Shown here: positions 25,735-39,700 of the stretch, one piece after another
Layout of the letters: every line of letters begins with the position of its first letter
Position numbering within the stretch: the stretch's first letter is position 1
NCBI GenBank assembly: GCA_036172245.1
Contig: JAYWIR010000001.1
Coordinates: 8,370,001 to 8,434,000, forward strand
DNA from: Raillietiella orientalis
Taxonomy: Eukaryota
DNA: 64,000 nt
Direction: 5' to 3'
Translations under genes and position numbers: made by a program
Notes under the pieces: generated by a model
What the model was told of the DNA's origin: nothing
What the model saw: the letters and a program-made list of their open reading frames with translations, nothing else
Databases searched by the model: none

Positions 25735-27140
25735 TTGTCACCCGGTTGCGCCGGAGCGTCTATTGTAGAAATAAACACACGAATAGTAGGGCCATCGGCC
25801 CTACAGCGTTCCGAAATGTTTAGAACCTGCTGAGAAACCGACGCACAGGCCGGCGAGGGTCGCTTCGGCGGTGGAGGACGAGGAGGCAAACAGAAATAAA
25901 AAAAACAACAAAATGTGTACAAAAAAATTGGGAGTTAGGGAAGGTGAGAGCCGGAGGGCGTCCTGCACATCCTTTCCTGGATGCCGGCAAGTTCCATCCG
26001 AGTGTGCCCCAGATGGGACCATCTTGCTGCCGTCTTCAGGGAGCTCAGGGCGAAGCAGAGGGCGTCCCTCTCGTTCCGTCGTTCTTGTGCAACGCTTCAG
26101 ACCTCCAAGATATCCCCAGCAAAGAGCAGTAGGCAGAAAAGAGCTGCTGCGGATGAGGCAGGTGAAAGGGCATCGCGCACGAAGAGGCGCTTCATCACGT
26201 TCCTGGGACTGTCCGTAGGTGCGCCAAGGTCCGTTGCGCAAGGCAACCATAGGGGCCGGAGGGCAACACAGTCTACAAGCTGGTGCAAGAGCCGGGATTC
26301 CCGTCCCCCGCACCTGTAACAGTTGGAGTGCACAGCCCCCGGGTCCAGTGAGACCGGAGGGCGTTACACGGGAGATCCCAGTACAACAGCAGAAGCGCCA
26401 CTTCAGGGGGAGGGCCCGGTTGTTCATCAGCTCTGGGGTCAACTCCAGGTCTTCCAGTGGGATTCCCAGCAGCTCATACCAGAGCGATAGTCCTTTCGGC
26501 GAGGCACTTGGGATCGCAGCGTCCGTGAGCTGGTCTGTGATCCAACCTCCCGAGTCCTTCGTTCGAAGACCTATTTCGAAACTGACCTCCCATTTATTTG
26601 GCTGGTTAATGCCCAGGTGCTCCCTGGGAAAGAACAGTGCCGCGGCTAGGGAGGTTCTTTCTGCCCACGCACACGTGGTGGGGGTGCACGATGACATCCT
26701 TCAGAGAGCGGTTGTTGTAGGAGTGCAGCAGTCGCTGCCGCATCTTCGGGCTCTCTTGGTTCATCTTGGTTCATGTGCGAACAGTTTCCTGCAACCAGGC
26801 ACTACCATTCGCGGGCGATGCTTCGAAGGAAAGCCGCCCGTCGAACACGCTGGAAGAGAGCTGCAGCGGTGCTGCCTCCACGCCGAGCGGCCTCTGAGGT
26901 GAGTCGCAAAGTGAGACTCCACGCCATCACGGGAGGCGGCGCCTCCAGAGGTTGAGCGCGTAATACTCGGGTGAGCGAGACGAGGGAACAGACCATCTAG
27001 CAGGAAGAGCGCTTGTTCCGCCGAGAGAGACTGCCCCCCCTTGGAAGCGATCTTTTGTGACGTCACCCGACGTGGATCTGAAGCAGCCGCTACCCTTACC
27101 TTCTCCCTATGGTCCACTTTTTGTCCTTGCCTTTCTGCCA
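25735..27140 (-). mobile_element. L1/Tx1-like LINE 3' fragment, copy 1 (ORF2 C-terminus with zf-RVT plus 3' UTR)
   Basis: WYELLGIP...LPLKW.../LLYWDLPC...NCYRCGGRES..HQLVDCVALRPLW is a zf-RVT CCHC motif. Aligns by eye with copies at 47.8-52 kb. Confidence 0.75.
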
Positions 27141-28059
27141 CGACAAGCCCAGCGTTATGGTCTCCGGGTGGCTCGCTGCCGCTAGGAAGGAGGCTCCGGT
27201 CGTGGCGCGCGGCTGCTCCATCCTCGCGACGGAGCGGTGTCCCCCCTCCGTTCCCGTTCCCACGTTTGCTTGCCTGCCTGCCTGCTAGCTCGCAGACACT
27301 GCAGTCCTTCTTTCTGTTTTGGCCCAGTGTCTCCCCTTACGCGCCGTTTGCTCGGGATCGAACCAAACCTCTCTAGCAGGTTGCACCTGCATGCATCAAA
27401 AGGGTCGATAGGATCCGTGGAGTCCAAGTGAGCCTTTCCCATCTCACGAAGCCGACAGCTTTCCTGGACTTACGCCTGCCTTTCCAAGGACAGGGAGACT
27501 TGGGTTCGCACCCGACACGATCCTTGATCCTCTGGGCACAGTACATGGGCGTCCAGGGCATGCAGTCCAAGGGCTAACAAACTCCCATGAAGATGGACGA
27601 AACGAGTGTTCCCTTCTAAGAGGAAGAAGTCTCTTTACATCTAGCAGGAACAAAACGTCCTGTGCAACAACGCGGTGGAGTAACGAGTCCAGGAGTTCCG
27701 AATAGAATCGTACGTGAGGACATCAGGTGCGTCCCTTTGCGCCTATGTGAGGTAGCAGCACCGTTCCCCAACCATAGGAAGGAGGTCATCCTTGATGGTT
27801 GCGCCTGCGGACAAGAAGCAAAAAGTGGTGGACAGTTCGAAGCCCAGATGAAAGAGCGCTCCTCTCGGACGAAAGGCATCCAAGAGGAGCGCTCTTTCGC
27901 CAGTGACGTTCGACGCTGCCTCTATCACTGGATTTTCCAAGATTTTTCTCCATCACTCGTAAAAGCCATGCGGAAATTCTCTTCGCCATCGTCCTTGCTC
28001 TTCCCCCTCACAATTTCAGGTGCTGCAGCCGCGTACCTTGGTTCAAGTGAAAAAGTGGG

Positions 28060-28550
28060 GAGTTTCCCCTCTGGTTTTGCAAAGGAGAACGGACCCCTTA
28101 TTCCGGGGGGATCCTTCGCATAGTACTGATGGCGTAGGTGTGTAGCCACCCCTCCAGAGAGTGCAGAAAAGCGAGCCGATCCCTTAGGGGAAGCAGCACC
28201 CTTCTCAATTTCGGAAGAGTCCCTTCGGGATTCTTTTCAGGGTAGTAAACAGGGAGCGGTTCTCTTGCGGGTTCCCTCCGGAGAGAATAAGGAGGGCGAT
28301 TCCCTTCGGGGTTCCCCTTCAGTGACAACCAGGGTGTAGGTGATCTCCATTCCAGGGATCCCCTCCCCAGGCGTGAGAGGAATGGATTCCGATCCCTTCC
28401 TGGATTCATAGGGAAGACCCCTTCCGGGGCGCCCCCTATCTTGAAAGATGACACGCACTCGTAAGTAGCATGGAGCATCATCAAAGAGCTGCGTGAGCCG
28501 CCGCCAGAGGCGCGACGGCTCTTGAGGTGCTCAGCGAACCGAAAAAAAAG
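28060..28550. repeat. GC-rich dispersed repeat 'X' with internal GGTTCCC...GGAGAGAATAAG subrepeats; other copies ~43700-44810, 48482-48770, 49230-49457
   Basis: Shared blocks: CGGAGAGAATAAG...CCCT(T/C)CGGGGTTCC (28279, 44152, 48711); CCTGGATTCATAGGG (28399, 49290); TCAAAGAGCT..GAGCCG (28481, 49374); GCACTGGTGGAAG.TGGA (43788, 48483). An A-run closes the right end of three copies. Confidence 0.8.
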
Positions 28551-30589
28551 TGAAAGGAAGGATGCAGGTGAAGGTGGGTGGCACTCGGAGAGCGTCTCCT
28601 GCTCGTTGAACAAGCAACGGAATCTTTTGCGCTGGTGAAGGATACGCAACAAGCGCACCACCCAACTGCGCCTGTGGTCCGCATCAAATCTTTTCCTCAC
28701 GAATATGCCTCGCCTTGCGATGAGAGATCTGCATGATTATACGGAAACCAAATCTGCTCTTTCATTGCCCCTCCATCGCCTGGATGCCAATGCAGTCAGC
28801 GCAGACACCTGTTTCTCGGCAGAGTTGACTCCCCGAACAGTTGGAGGTGCTCCTGCTGACTGCAGGGCTCTCAAGGACTTGTGGCGGAGACTCTCTTCGG
28901 CGCTCCGTCGACCACAGGACCTCCCCCGCTTCAGACTCACTGCGATGCTTCTTCACAGGAAGCGGACTGACGAAGGGCGCTGCGATCGCAACAGTCGATT
29001 GCATCCACACTCCATAGTGACAGTCCTCCACGTGTTAGAATCAAGTTCGCCGCGGAGGCAGGTCACCAGTACGGGTAGAGGTACAAGGTACGAGTACGCA
29101 ACTACCGGTACGAAAGGTTCCCCACACTACAAAGGTCCACTCCTTTGCAAACCGGAGGGGGAACTCTCCACTCGTTGATTCCTGGAAAGACCCGAAGGTC
29201 GACTCCCATTGTCCCGGTCCTCATAGGGGCATCCAATTTGAACCGTTACCGGTGTCGCACCCGAATGAATGGAGGCCAACCAGCGTCCTCTTGAAGGATG
29301 GACTCGAACCCACGGCGCACTTGGAGTCGATTCTGGCCGAGTATTCGAACCCGCGACGCATGGTACCACGCGCGGAGACCTCAGCAGCCACACCGCCTCC
29401 GGCGCGTGCCTGTCGTCGCGCGCCGGACGGAATGCCTCCATGTCAAAACTGGAGCTTATCCGGAGCTCTCTGTGGCGGGACCAGACTGTCATTCCAATGG
29501 CACGCTGGATTGGCTGGACTTTTCTGTATTCGTGGGCAATCACATCTAGGACCACCTCACCAGTACCTCCTTGGGAAACGCCATTCTTTGTGCTGTCCGC
29601 TTTCATCAGGACATTGCTCCCTATGTACCAGGGTCTTGTGCTTTGCATTGCCTCTTACGGATGTGGTAAACTGAAACAGTCGTATCTCGCGAAGGCCGTC
29701 GCTCGTTGCGAACGGTCCGCAGTTCCTAATATCCGGTCCTGGCCTTCGGTGGATCCACTATAACGTAGCCCATGAATTTGGGAGGAAACAGGGAATCACC
29801 AGAACCAGTTCTTTCTCCCAGGGCTCTTGCTTTTCAGTTTTCTGGTGTTGACCAGCGTCCACTTTTTCCCATATGCTTTCAGAGACCAGTTTTCTATATT
29901 AGGGGTGACACCAGACTATTCGAACTGACTCTTAGTTTTGAGTAGGCATCGTGAGCTGAGTAGGATCAGCCGCTCTTGCTTTTTGTGGTCTCAGAAGCTG
30001 CCGAGAGTCCAGGAGATTTTCTTCTCCTAAGACGAACTCCGAGCACAGCATTCGTAGAAGCAGCTCGGTTCGTGGTGAGCTCAAACCATCCGAAAAGCTC
30101 CCTGAAGAGAGAATTCTAGAAGATTCGAGAGTGTGGCAGGCCCAAAGCCGACGGATAGAACGGAAGGCGTTGGATTGAAACGCATCGGGGCCGCTTATGA
30201 ATAACACTGGCCTGTGAAGGACGACAAATGACTGCAGCCACTGTGTGGCAATCGGTAGGAGCATTAGGAAATCTGAAAACGATGGTGTGAATAGAAGAAC
30301 TGCAACTTCGGGACAAATCTTCAGTATTTCTGCATCCACCAGCCACGCGGCTACCTCGCTCGCTTCTGAACCTGCCATTGAGAGAGACCAGAATCTTCGG
30401 ATGAAGTAGAAAAAAGCACAAAGAGGCATTTCAAAACGTGACATTGAGTGGATAAAACACTATAAAGCATGGGTAGAATAGGTGAACACGTAGAGAACAT
30501 GTTACTGATGGAAAGTACCAGGTTGCCCTAGTCATGTATGCGAGCTCGTTGATGAGAACAGACTGAATCCAGCAGCCATCATGGATCGA

Positions 30590-33500
30590 CTGGAATACAA
30601 GAATAATAGGCCAGAGTGTGGGATGACCTTCAAAATAGAGAGGGCATTAACAGACTTGCTGGAGTCTGAGGCAGGATCAAGGGCCAATGGGTGTTCACCT
30701 TGAAGGGACAGGAAGAATGGTCCATGCAATGCTGGCAAGAAAGAAACCTCCTGTGTAGGTGACAATGAAGCGAAACCGAAAGAAGAACCCGATGCCAAGT
30801 GGTGTCTTGGCATTTTTTACCGCAGGTTAAGACTCGAAATCGAATTCCAGACCGTGAGAGGCGCTGAGCACTGAGCAGGAGGAGAGAGGGGGATAAGGCT
30901 CTCCCGAATAGGATGAGCAACTTCTCCCATGAGAATCCGCACAAACATCCTTTGCACGTGCTGCGCTCTGTAGCCACCGTCAAGGCAGCAAGAGAAGGCA
31001 ACAAAAGAAGGAAGAGCAGGCTCTGCAGAAGAAGATAAAACGAGCAAATCGAAATGGAAGGCGATGGTCAAGGACCTCTCAGATATCTTTACAAGTGAGG
31101 GAAAAGAGAGAAAGATTCCAGGAAACGTAACGTCGAGCTCTGCTAGGCCGGCTTCGAAAACGAGTTGATCCAGTCATTAGGGAGGGTTCGATAAGCCCTG
31201 GACCTCCCAGGGAAACAAGCAGAAAGAAACCAGTTGATCCAGTGGAACAAATGAGAGGCGCAGGGATTCTACCAGATCAACCAGAGAGGGACAATATAGG
31301 AGGCAGCTGCATCAGCAGACGCGTAGCATGAGATCCTCGTAGGAAAAAAAAAGGAAGAGCACTCGGCAGATGCTTTTGAAAGGAAAGTTGTATCTGACCC
31401 GGCGCCAGCCAGGGATATCAGGATTGGGAGAAGTGGTGTCGTCTCCCCAGTAGAATTCAATCCCTTCAGGTGAATGAGGCAGCCGTAACGCCATAGCAAG
31501 AGGAGAATTCACCTCCTGGCCAGGACGGGACGGCGCGCAAGAGACGGAGGCCGGTCAGTGCAGAGAAGTGTTTAAACCCACTCCTCCGGACGAGGAGAAC
31601 GCCAGCATGTAGGAAGCGCTCAAGGAAGATGATGTTCCCGAAACGAAGTTGAGTTCTAGGGGAATTCTGCGAATTGAGACCTCTGTCGACGGGAGAGGGC
31701 TTACGTCGCTCATACCCGGAGTGACTTTCTCGAAGAGCGCGAGAAGGGATCTCCGGTGGCCAAGTCATTGCTCCCCCCGCTGGGAGTTCGGCGGAGTTCT
31801 TCGAGCAAAGTTCCGTGCTGCGGACCTGATTGGACGACCCGAGCAGGTTCTTGCAGAACACCTACATCGCCGTTGCTGAACTTGGCGAACTCCCTTGTCA
31901 CAATGAAGAATGAACTGCTGGGTGCTCCTCCGAGAGAGGGTGAAATGGGAAAGATCTCCGAAGAAATCAGAAGACATATGCGTTTACCGTTGAACAAGCG
32001 GGTTCTCAAACCACAAGAGACATCCAGATGAGCAGGGGAGTAAAGAAGGGATGATAACTCAGTACGCTGCTCTTCATTCTAGTAATCTGAAGGCCAGCAG
32101 AGACCTTCAGTCAGAGCTGGTGACCTCTCACCCGTGTTCCGCAATAGGAAGTGGACTTGCCGGATGCTTCCAAATGCTACACGAACGGTGCACGAAAACC
32201 GGACTCCCCATTAATCAGTTCCAGAAGGTGAACGTCGCGACACGTCAAAGCAGAGGCACCAAGAGGGGACAGGAAGATTTCTTTCCATATCGGAAAACAG
32301 GACATTTCAACTCCAGAGTACGATTTGCATGCAATTATCCGGGGAAACTTCTTCCCCTGTTTATTGCCGCGGGAGCTCACTGGGAGGCAAATTCTGGTCA
32401 AAGAGCGGCTATAAGAGAGAGCGCAAAGTATTCGTAAAGCCAAGACCATAAATATGATATCATACCCAGGTCGGTAGATTGCGGATCCCTGGAGACGACC
32501 AGAAAATCAGATTGGGAGTTTCTGAACGAAGAAACTCCGGGAAAAAAAATCGCTTGAATCTGCCGAGCAACGCAACCAAGGCGCAGCATGTGTGCCGATC
32601 ACTAGGAAGGTTTCTCCTCCTCCTTCCTCTTGGACCCACCTCAGGGAAGCGAACGATGAATTCGCTGCAGACCGTGTCTTTTAAAAGGGGTCAACAGCGC
32701 AGGGGTCCTCCCGAAAAGCACTACGGACGGTGCTAAAGAAGAGCAACGGATGAGGATTCGGAAGAATTCGTACACAGGGTGCATCGAGGGAAGAATCCAA
32801 TAAACCCATCAGCAGCAGTGAGAAGCATTCGGGCGTCACGAAGACCTACATCTACCAGAACAGGGGTGCCATGGATCTTCAAGGAAAATCAACCCAGAAA
32901 TACGATTGGGGGGAAGCAATTTCGACCAAGCACCGATAAATCACCTCTGATCAGCAGGCAACCTTGCTTGAGAAAGTACGACGTTCCCTCGTCGAAACGA
33001 ATCCGGACCAAGCAGAGAGACCAGGTTTAACGTAGGGCGACACCGTGCGCTGGCGCATTTCCTATCCAACAGCAAAGATTTCAGACTCGCCGACTGTAAA
33101 TTTGCTGAGACTTCGCCGGTCAATTTGGCAACTGTGCGAGCAACGCCCAACTGATGTGGTGCTGGCTGAAAGTTCAGGAGGCGCGTGGTAGGAGAGGAAC
33201 CCTTCAGCCAACTTCCAGCTGCCTCTCCCGGAAGGACAAAATGACTACCGAGAGGGCACAGAGAGCTGGTTTCCCGGTCAAGGGGCATCCCAGGTGTGCG
33301 AGCTGGCGATTTCGGGGTCCCAGGGCGAGGGAACGGAGCAGCAGCACTGGAAGTTGGCGCGCCAGACCCTGCGGAGGAGAAAAGGAGTCAGAGCAGGTAT
33401 AGAGTGCCAGAATCATCCTAGAGAACGATTGTGAGTTCCTGCCAACAACAAAGCATCTAGAGGACTGAAGTTTTCTTGGAAACGGGAGGGGAAGATCCAT

Positions 33501-33700
33501 AGGGAAACGGTGCCATTCCAGATGGATCTACTGGAGTCTCGAGAAATTCGAAGGTCTGAGCGGCGGGCGAAGTGGGGGATGGCATCCGGAGATAGAGCAT
33601 ATGGTGGAGAATCCCTTGGCCCCTCGCCATGCCCTCAGGCGCATCATTTGCAAACACAAGCGTCAATCAATCGTTTTGAAAACGATCAGTTTCCTCCTCG
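30590..33700 (+). mobile_element. Decayed RLE-type non-LTR retrotransposon, NeSL/Utopia-like; boundaries approximate
   Basis: Colinear degenerate motifs broken by stops and frameshifts: PECGMTF zinc-finger-like (~30610), SPPGQDG (31509; cf. APGPDG), RRTPACRKRSRKMMFPK...LRPLS, LLNLANS (cf. DLAKAFD), RGVKKG**LSTLLFILVI (32034; cf. RGVRQGCPLSPLLF), KSDWEFL...RLNLPSNA (~32503), RASRR...WIF, HFLSNSKDFRLADCKF (~33055), GGWHPE (~33575; cf. GALGSW). Confidence 0.65.
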
Positions 33701-33790
33701 TTCTTATTGGCAAGGAGTGGATCGGTCGACAGAATGGAATCACGAATCCTGCAGCAGTGGAGTCCTCCCGTGTCCAGAGGACTCAAACGC

Positions 33791-36700
33791 TCATGTTTCC
33801 TGGAGGTACACGTTTCCCGAGCTGAGGTAGCATCGCCTCAGCGTCTCCTGATAGAGACAAAGGTATCCGTCTGGCGGCGAGACGTACTTCGATATGTCAC
33901 TGATGGCTCTCTTCAGTAGGAGCAGAGAGGTGGCGGTGTCGCCGCTCTCCATGTGCTCCTGAGCGCTCTGGAAGCTCTCCTCCGCCTTGGCGATTGACAT
34001 GAGGACGTTCCTGACAACAGCCGGACTGTCGCATCGGTGGCAGAAAACGAGGGGTTCGGTGGTGTCGTGGAGCACCCGGATGGGACTCCCACATTCTCCG
34101 CACATGACCCTCAGAACATGGTGCTTTAAGAGCTCGTATTTCGGCCAGTCTTCGACGCAGGCTTGGCACTGACACTCAAACCAGTACCTCGACTTCAACG
34201 TGTCTTTCCGTTCATCTCTGATCATCCGGGTGAACACTGGTCCGTAGTTTTCAGATATCATCTCCCCCTTTTTGATTCCCTTGATAGTGCGGACGATGAT
34301 GGTGTCATTGCGGAAATACCTAAGGGACAACACTGCCGAAGACATCGGTGGTTTCGCAGCCTTACCGCACTATACCGGGATCGCAGCTGTGATTGAACAA
34401 GCAGACCGATGGAAAGATTCCAGCTCCTATGAAGACGGATTGGGATCCTCTGAAATTATCTCTTGACTTCATGTGGAACTCGGAGATTTCGTGAGCGTTG
34501 AACTGCAGAAATTCCAGATGCAGCAAAAGGGCATCTCCCAGGATCTGGCCACTTGTTTTCAGCCGGAGCGTCTGGGAAGCAGGGTCCTCGGTTTCTGGAA
34601 AGCACTGTCATCATAACGTGAGAGAAACTGGAGCTCCTGCTGAAGCGCTCTCCCAGCCAGGAGCAGCTTTCGAGCTACATGCAACCTCCAGATTCTGGAG
34701 CAAAGGGAAAAAAGAGGTGAGGGAGAGTTATCCGGTCTTCGCCTGGATTTCTTTCCTCCTCTGGGGGAGTTGAGAAGATATCGATAGCGATTGGGTTTTC
34801 ACGTGGCCCCTGTCTAGTTATCCTCCCTGTAGCATCTGCGTGCACGGAAACGTAGAGGGAAGAGTTCAGCAATTCTGTGGTCCAGCAGTAGTGCTTCACA
34901 TGGTCTACTGATAAGAAAAGGGGGACAAACAGATAGAAGGGGAAGTTTCTGCCATCTCGTTCATCTGTCCGTTCTCTTCGGCTCGTCCCCATTATCGGTC
35001 TGAGATTCTTCAGGTTCTTCTCTCGATAGGAGGTGATCCACCCCTACGCTCCCGATACGCATCCCGGCAGAGTCCAACGTTCGGACTCATCGCTGTCTTC
35101 CCGATGTGCCCTGCCCTATCTCTTCGTCTATCTTCTTAGTTCTTCCTCGTTCTCCAGACCCCGACGGTGGCTCTTTGAGGTCGCAAAGACGCCTCTGGAG
35201 GCGAGCTGCCGTGTTTTCTCACCCGTCTTCTGCCGCATTCCTTCCAGCGCCACTAACGAGCAATCACAGACTCAGGCAGCGTCTGAAGGAACAGCTGCTC
35301 TTCTTCGGTCCTGGAGCACCGGATCCGGTGTCAGTTTCGAGTCTGTCCCGGAATGCCTGGAGGATGAGTCTCTGCTTCCCAACGTCTCGACGTAGCACCT
35401 TAGCAGACCACGTGAAGAATCCCCACGTCCTACGATTCGCGACGTAGGAATTCTTCTTCCCATCGGTCCACCGCTTTCTGTGCAAGCAATGCCATCAGCC
35501 TTGGTCGTCTCCTCCAGAGCCGGGAGGTCAAGTCGTGCCGCACGGATCGAAGGATGTAAAATGCTCCGGATGGTCTGACTCTGAACAGAGCGGAATGTCT
35601 TCTTCCTTTGACCCAGGTTCCGTAAGTATTTCAGCAACCCCCGTCCCCGTCCATAGACCACACGGACATGCCATGACAAAGTAATAAACATCCCGTGCAA
35701 CTGTCTCACAGCGAGAGGAGAGCGGCTTCCCGGAAGACGGTAACTCGAAAGGTCGGAAGAGGGGGAGGAGTCCCGCTCCACCTACGCCACACAAGAAAAG
35801 CACCAGCTGAGACGGATGACCAACTTTTTGGCGGCGGTCCATCTCGGCAGTACCCCGAGTGCATCAAGATCTTCAGCAGGAAAATGGCCATGAGGGCTCT
35901 TTGAAGGTAATCCTCCAGAGATCGCTCGTCCGAATGGGTGATCAGGCCACGGACCGCTTGGTAGCTGCGCAGGTCCTCTTCGTACGTGGCGTCGGATGCG
36001 CCAGCAGCAGATTCCTCCGATAGCAGGAACCTCTTCAAGTCGTTCCTCAAGATCATCCTGATAGCGAGGTAACAGGTGACGGACATCCCAGAGCCAAACA
36101 TCAGGTCCAGGTACTTGCATTCGTATCTGTGGTACAGTCTGGAGGCTTCATCTTTGCACCGCAGACTGCAGAATGCAACCCCACTGCAGACGTCGCAGGG
36201 GTAGGATATCAGAATCCTGGAAAGGGAAACCGAATTTTGGGAGGCCAAAAGTTCTGGATTTCGCGGGTGCACTGTACAATCGCTCAGAAAGAGGCAGGGA
36301 AGGCGTTCGTGTACGCGCGACCTGTAGGTCACGCACGTGGCTCGCCCGGAGCAGCAGGGATGCCAACGAGCGACGGGAGAAGGCGAGGAGGGAACAGCGA
36401 TCCGGCTGAGCGCCCGCACGGCGAACGAGGTGCCAGGGGGGCCAAATGTGCTCGTGGGAGGACACGGCAGGAAGAGATGTGCCCAGAAGCAGCATCTGCA
36501 GCTCTGCAGCTTCGGGGACCAGCAACCCGCTCCGCTTCATCGTAGGACCTCGTCAGCGATGACTCACACCTTCGAGCCGCGTGCGTCGTTCGGGCGCACG
36601 AAGCCGCCGTCCCGCTCCTTCATGGAGCGGTGGCGAGTGGAAGGAACCCTGTGACCCCCCCCATTCCAGTCTCCACGGAAGCGGCGGCCGGAAGCATGTC

Positions 36701-39700
36701 GTTCTCGCACGCAAGGACACCTCCCTCCTCTGGTCGGAGCTTCCGGGCAAGGGAACTGCCCACGCCTGCCTGTCCTGGAGCGCGCTGGACGCAGGAGGCG
36801 AACTTGAGTTCCCCCACGGCGATCTCGACCGCACTCGAGTTCGCCCGCATGCTCGGCGACCCACCGTCCATCCGCCACGTGGGTCTCGCTTTCGGGATCG
36901 CTCGCCTTTCCAGATGCGAATGCGCGGCGCCAAAGTGTGCCGTCCGGAGGGGACATGGGGATGCGAACGCGCGGCTGCTGCGCTCGGAGTTTCGTGGCGG
37001 CTCGGCTCCGGGGAGGTCGGCGTGGAGTTGCTGGGTCACGCGGCTGGCTGGGATCGATCCGGATGAACCATAGAGACCGAGAAAGACTCAACGAGTGGAA
37101 GTCGACTCCGTTCCAAGGTCGCGGTCGAGCTCGCTCGCTGGCACGCCGGGTGCCAAGGAAACGTTACCGCACATCCCGCCATCGACAGGGATCCATGCAT
37201 TTCATGGAGACGGCAAATTCAACTTGTCCAGCTTCCGCGGATGAGGAAGCGGAGAAGGAACCTGGAAGAGGAAGGCGAGGAGCGCCATGAATGCCTAGGA
37301 GGCGCTGGAAAAGTGCATCCGGACACAGGTTTCCTCGAGCAAGATCACGTCGGTCAAGGATGGCGCCGCGATTCCGAGCATGCCGCAGCGGGAGCGTCCT
37401 GCCTGTCTCATCGCGGAGAGCATGCGATGGCCACCAGCCGGGGAGTGCAGGGAGCGGCGCCTGGAGACCCCACGAGTGGAGAGGGCTTGAAGTCTTCCCG
37501 CTCGGCGGTCGGGGATACCCGGAACAGAACGACACGCTCAAAGCAGAGGTGAAACAGAGAGGGGCAACGCGGTGGCCATCCGCACCCGCTCAACATCCCC
37601 AAGCAGCTGTCTTTGCCCAAGCGACGCGAACAGATTGGAGGAAGGGAGTCCTATTTCGACTCATTTTCGAAACACACCTTCGATAAACTGTTCACGCTGC
37701 TCTGACAAGTGCAGACCTCCCGGCGGAAACTCCTGGCAACTCGAGCGTCGACTCTGTTATCCCCCCGGTGTCGTCGTCGTCCTCTCCCTCCGGAATCGTG
37801 GGGCGCTTTCTCTGGGTCCTGGGGATTCTTCGCTGTGGTCACCGGTGGCACCCCCGCAGACCAGCAAGCACCCTCTTTCTCCCACGCTTTGGGAGCCCCC
37901 ATTCTCTTCGGCCGCGTTCCAGGAGAGCAGGGACGCGGTCCCCGAGCGCGGGAACCTGCTCCCTCGCCCCTTCCTTCCCGCGCTCGGAACCCGGAACCTC
38001 TTTCTCTGCATGGAGGGTGCAGGGAAACGGCGCACCTCCCTCTTCCCAGCTCTTTGTTCCTGTCCCTCCCTCTCGCTAAATCCTTAGCCCGCATCTTTGA
38101 GAGTCCGCGTCGCCGGCCGCTACCACCAGTGGGCGTCCAATCCGAAGGCAGTCTGCCAGGGTGAGAGGGGGTGCAGTTTCCCCCCCATGCCTCTTGGGCT
38201 CGTCTTCTGCTCTTGCAGCCTTCTCGGGCGTCGTGCCGCTGAGTAGAGGCGCCGGCCTGTTCGCAGAGGAGGGAAGGAGGGAGAAGCAACACCTCTTCCT
38301 CCCCCCCCCCCCTGCTTCTCCCGTGTCCCTAGCGTGGAGCCGCCGCCTCCAGGCAAGCCGTCTCGAGGAGCAGCCGCGGAAGATCGCCAGCGCTGGCGAA
38401 GACGGTCATCCTCGACAGGCGCCCGGTGTTCCTGAGGAGAGCGCAAGGATCCTCCGGGTCTCTCACGTTTTGCTGGGGCACCAAGAGCTTCTCAAGCCCG
38501 CACCGCGCTCTCTTCTTTGGTGTCCGCTCCTCGCCGTCTCCAGGAGGCGATGGAACGGACACAGGGGAATTGCCTGTGGTCCGAAGAGACAAAATTCAAG
38601 ATTCCTTCCAGAGAAAGGGGGGAATCTGGACGCTCCGGGACCCGGGAAGATCAGGGATGGTGGAAAAGAACAGCTCCGGGGCAGCTTCCGGTGAGCTCGT
38701 TTCCTTGCCAACCATATCTGTCCCCTGCCCCGTTCCCCTGGTGACTGCCACGCGCGAGTACGTGGTGCTCATGCGAGGGACAGATCCCCGCTTAAGTGGC
38801 AGCTGAGCATCCGGACGTCCGCGGGAGGTGGCCGAGCGGTTGGGACTTGGGAAAGGCCAGTCGCCGCGGAGGTCTGTCGCCACCGGGCGGAGAGGCAGTC
38901 CGAGGGTTCCAGACGAGACCGGTGACCCTCTGCAGCCGAATCGCGGACACCCCACTCCCACGTGTCCAAACTCCAGGCTTGTCGGTCGTGCTGAAGATCT
39001 CGTTCTTCCGGTGGCCTCCCGTCCCTCCAGTCATTCCCCTCGCGCCGGTCCCTCTGCGCTCGCCTCGTACCCAACAAAATCCCGAAAGGTCATCAAGAGT
39101 GGACAAGCATACGTGCTTACGATGCAGGTTCACGTGGAGATCAATATGTTGAGCAATCGGCATCATGGAGGATGCGTACGTGCTCTCATAAACATTCAGG
39201 TGAAGACCGATATGTGGATTAATACGATGAAGAGTATGAAAAATAGATGTACACGCAGTTCTCTATTTACGAACATTCGGCACAACGAACATCACAATTT
39301 TGAGATTTTTTTTTTTTTTTATTTAACTCATGCAACAGCGAACATAATTGTAAGGTATATAATATTTACAATGCTGTGCGAAATATTGCCGATGCCTGGG
39401 GGCATGTGGAGGAAACAAACCGAAGTGGTGTGTGGAAAAAACTCGTGTCCTCAGTTTGTGAATGGTTTGCGCGATTCCGAGGAACCATTTGGATGTGTGA
39501 TCGTAGAAAATGTTGAACCGGGCAATCAAATGGAACTCGACCTTGACTCTGCTGGTGCAAGAGAGCTGTTGGACCCACCATCCTGAGGAATCAACAGCCG
39601 AAGAATAAGCAGCGGCAGAAGCAAATCGAAGCACGGAAGAAGTATCAGAAGAACTGGATATGTCACATTCTTCCAGAACATTCGCGACGCCGAAAGTGGC

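Noticed and set aside
27560..27900. Hammerhead ribozyme (GGACGAAAC / CAGATGA...GAAA)
   Set aside because: No intact CUGANGA core with the three required stems; other CTGATGA sites checked also lack them.
28060..28450. Subrepeats of X as a CRISPR array
   Set aside because: Units are degenerate, lack unique constant-length spacers, have no cas genes nearby, and sit in eukaryotic sequence.
28900..29760. Second RLE-type retroelement remnant on - (IGCPYED resembling the CPFEN motif)
   Set aside because: One weak motif with no colinear support.
33697..33711. GTTCTTAT as the 3' half of a U2 target after the Utopia-like element
   Set aside because: Only an 8-nt match, with no further U2 sequence and no room for a 3' UTR; compatible with chance.
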